DNA of 16,519 bases. Origin: an uncultured Deinococcales bacterium (GTDB taxonomy: Bacteria > Deinococcota > Deinococci > Deinococcales > JAAFIG01). Below, piece after piece: positions 13,942-16,519 of the stretch; the stretch's first letter is position 1; every line of letters starts with the position of its first letter. The DNA is taken from contig CAXTTL010000102.1 of NCBI GenBank assembly GCA_964247135.1, positions 1 through 16,519 on the forward strand, given 5' to 3'. A model generated the notes under the pieces. That model was given only the letters and a program-made list of their open reading frames with translations, did no database searches and had not been told where the DNA came from. A program made the position numbers and the translations under genes.

Positions 13942-16455
13942 ATGCCTCGAGCACCGCGCAAGAAAAAAACCGACGACTCCACCTTCAACGTTCAAACCCA
14001 AAAACCAAAAATGAAAAACTCGGGCGTGGACACGCTTCGGGTGCCGGTCTGTCCGGTCTTGGGCAGCGTGATTTATCCAGGCATCATGCAGTCGGTGGCG
14101 GCAGGACGCCCGATCAGCGTCAATGCGATTCAGGCGGCGGTGGACGGCGCAAAAACCATTTTGATCGTCTCGCAGCGCGACAAGGACATCGAAAACCCTG
14201 GCGCGGGCGATTTGTTTGTGATCGGCACGCTTTGCAATATTTTAAGGATGCGCAAAAACCCTGACGGCACGGTGGAAACCCTAGTGCAAGCCCAAAGTCG
14301 GGTGCGGGTCACGCGCTATCACTTTGGCATCGAGTACATCGAAGCCGAACTCGAGGTGCTCGAGGATACCCATGTTGATGAAATCGAGACCCAGGCGTTA
14401 AAACGCGAACTTGACCGGCGCTTCAACGATGTCTTGAAAAACGGCAAGAATTTGCCCGTGGACACGGTCGGTTTTATTGTCGGACTCGAGCATCCCGGGC
14501 AGTTTGCCGACAACATTGCGTTCAATCTGGATTTAAAACTCGACGACCGACAGGGGATTCTCGAGGCGCTGGACGTGCGTGATCGTTTAAAGCGCGTCTT
14601 GGTGCTCTTGGACAGCGAACTCGAGCTGGGCGAAATGCAAAAACGCATTCAGGGGCAGGTCAAGGACGAGATCGACAAGAATCAACGCGAGTATTTCTTG
14701 CGCGAGCAGATGAAAGCGATTCAAAAAGAATTGCGCGGCGAGGAGGACGGCGAGGACGAGGTCGAGTTGTTCCGCAGCAAAATCGTGGCGCTCGGTTTGG
14801 TTGAGGAGGTGCAGCGCGAGGTTGACCGCGAGATCAACCGCATGGCGCGAATGCATCCCGACAGCGCCGAAGCCAGCGTGATTCGCACCTACCTGACCTG
14901 GATTACCGAATTGCCCTGGAACACCAGAAGTGATGACCAACTCGAGTTGACGGACGCAACCAAAATTTTGGACGAGGATCATTACGGACTTGAAAAAGTC
15001 AAAGACCGCATCCTCGAGTTTTTGGCGGTCAGACAATTGCGCAGAGCCAGAGCCGCAAAGGGCGAACTCGAGGCGAGCGAGGTCAACAAAGGACCGATTC
15101 TGGTGTTTGTTGGACCGCCCGGCGTGGGTAAAACCAGCATCGCGCAGAGTATTGCCAAGTCACTCGGGCGCAAGTACGTGCGGATTTCTTTGGGCGGCGC
15201 CCGAGACGAGGCGGACATTCGCGGGCATCGCCGCACCTACATTGGGGCGTTGCCTGGGCGCATCATTCAGGGTTTAAAGACGGCTGGCACCAAAAATCCG
15301 GTGTTTCTGCTCGACGAAATCGATAAGCTCGGCAGTTCGTATCAGGGCGATCCGAGCAGCGCTTTGCTCGAGGTGCTCGACCCAGCGCAAAACTCGACTT
15401 TTGTGGATCACTATTTGGGTGTGCCGTTTGATCTGAGTGAGGTCATGTTTATTGCCACCGCCAATTACCCAGAGCAAATCCCAGCGCCCTTGTTGGACCG
15501 CATGGAATTTATCGAGTTCAACTCGTACATCGAATCCGAAAAACTCGAGATTGCCAAAAAGTACCTGATGCCACGTCAAACGCTCGAAAATGGCTTGAAG
15601 GACAACCAGATTTTGGTCACCGACGCCGCGCTGCAAAAGCTAATTCAGAATTACACCCGCGAGGCTGGGGTGCGAAACCTCGAGCGCGAGATTGGCACCT
15701 TGCTGCGCAAGGCGGCACGTAAGGTTGCCACGGGTGACATCAAACGGGTGCGAATCGGCGAGAACGACCTCGAGAAATTCATTGGACCCTCGCGCCACCA
15801 GATTGAGGTCGAGGGCAAAGAGGACATGGTCGGCGTCAGCACGGGCATGTTTTACACGCCGGTCGGCGGTGACATTCTGTTCGTCGAAACCAGCGTCATG
15901 CCTGGTCGCGGTTTGGTCTTGACAGGTCAGTTGGGCGATGTCATGAAAGAGAGCGCCCGAGCCGCCTTGAGTTACGCCAAGAAAAACGCGGCACGCTTTA
16001 ACATTCCAGCCTCGAGCATCGACGAATCCGAGATTCACGTGCACATTCCTGCCGGCGCGATCCCCAAAGAGGGTCCGAGTGCGGGCGTAGCGCTGACCAC
16101 AAGCCTCATCAGCGCCCTGACGAACGTTCCAGCCCGCCACGATGTCAGCATGACCGGCGAGATCACCTTGACGGGGCGCGTGCTGCCAATTGGTGGTTTG
16201 AAAGAAAAAGTTTTGGGCGCGAGACGCGCCGGTATCAAACACGTGATCCTGCCCAAAGCCAACGAGGCAGACCTGCAAGAAATTCCGGCGCACCTGCGGC
16301 GCTCCATGAGCTTTCATCCGGTCGAGAACCTCGATCAGGCACTCGAGATTGCGCTGGTTGGAGGGTTGAAGGCGCTCGAGCGAACGGTCATCAGCGACAT
16401 CAAACCGAAGACACCACGAAAAACAAAAACCCAAGCGCCGAGCACACGGGCTTAA
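13942..16455 (+). CDS. lon: ATP-dependent Lon protease (LonA)
   Basis: N domain, '[17 protein letters not shown]', Walker A GPPGVGKT, '[13 protein letters not shown]', Walker B 'LLDEIDK', catalytic Ser in PKEGPSAG and Lys in IGGLKEK. AAGGAG RBS upstream. Confidence 0.98.
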   Translation: MPRAPRKKKTDDSTFNVQTQKPKMKNSGVDTLRVPVCPVLGSVIYPGIMQSVAAGRPISVNAIQAAVDGAKTILIVSQRDKDIENPGAGDLFVIGTLCNILRMRKNPDGTVETLVQAQSRVRVTRYHFGIEYIEAELEVLEDTHVDEIETQALKRELDRRFNDVLKNGKNLPVDTVGFIVGLEHPGQFADNIAFNLDLKLDDRQGILEALDVRDRLKRVLVLLDSELELGEMQKRIQGQVKDEIDKNQREYFLREQMKAIQKELRGEEDGEDEVELFRSKIVALGLVEEVQREVDREINRMARMHPDSAEASVIRTYLTWITELPWNTRSDDQLELTDATKILDEDHYGLEKVKDRILEFLAVRQLRRARAAKGELEASEVNKGPILVFVGPPGVGKTSIAQSIAKSLGRKYVRISLGGARDEADIRGHRRTYIGALPGRIIQGLKTAGTKNPVFLLDEIDKLGSSYQGDPSSALLEVLDPAQNSTFVDHYLGVPFDLSEVMFIATANYPEQIPAPLLDRMEFIEFNSYIESEKLEIAKKYLMPRQTLENGLKDNQILVTDAALQKLIQNYTREAGVRNLEREIGTLLRKAARKVATGDIKRVRIGENDLEKFIGPSRHQIEVEGKEDMVGVSTGMFYTPVGGDILFVETSVMPGRGLVLTGQLGDVMKESARAALSYAKKNAARFNIPASSIDESEIHVHIPAGAIPKEGPSAGVALTTSLISALTNVPARHDVSMTGEITLTGRVLPIGGLKEKVLGARRAGIKHVILPKANEADLQEIPAHLRRSMSFHPVENLDQALEIALVGGLKALERTVISDIKPKTPRKTKTQAPSTRA

Positions 16456-16469
16456 ACCCGGGCGTAAGC

Positions 16470-16503
16470 AAAAGGGCGCAAGTTTATTGCGCCCTTTTAT
16501 TTT
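16470..16503 (+). terminator. Rho-independent terminator after lon
   Basis: Stem AAAAGGGCGCAA / TTGCGCCCTTTT with a 5-nt loop, followed by ATTTT. Confidence 0.9.
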
Positions 16504-16519
16504 GTCGGGTGAGATTCAA

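Larger units (their letters stand above)
105..16380. repeat. Dispersed, highly iterated palindrome CTCGAG (about 120 copies)
   Basis: Manual count of about 120 exact copies from 105-110 to 16375-16380, about 7 per kb, with variable flanking bases. Confidence 0.95.

Overview
Bacterial chromosomal window with about 17 tightly packed genes, most likely from a Deinococcota (Deinococcales-like) genome. That assignment rests on a Thermus/Deinococcus-type PrmA, an HspR/HAIR-like operator before lon, and many leaderless-type starts. The genes are: a VOC/glyoxalase protein, two metallophosphoesterases, alpha-glucan phosphorylase (glgP) with two LacI-type palindromes upstream, two small lipoproteins, a small membrane protein, an orphan pair of carbohydrate ABC permeases, a DUF1572/DinB-like protein, an ABM-domain membrane protein, a KynB-like cyclase, a small hypothetical protein, a VapBC-type toxin-antitoxin pair, prmA - S41 peptidase - rsmE, and lon. 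A 4x36-bp tandem array inside a GTAG-REP-like inverted repeat lies between rsmE and lon. The gene content is mostly ordinary. The most striking signal is at the oligonucleotide level: by manual count the palindrome CTCGAG occurs about 120 times (about 4-5 expected by chance), in all reading frames and in intergenic DNA, resembling a HIP1-like highly iterated palindrome. In contrast, I found no GGCC at all. All counts were done by eye and should be recomputed.
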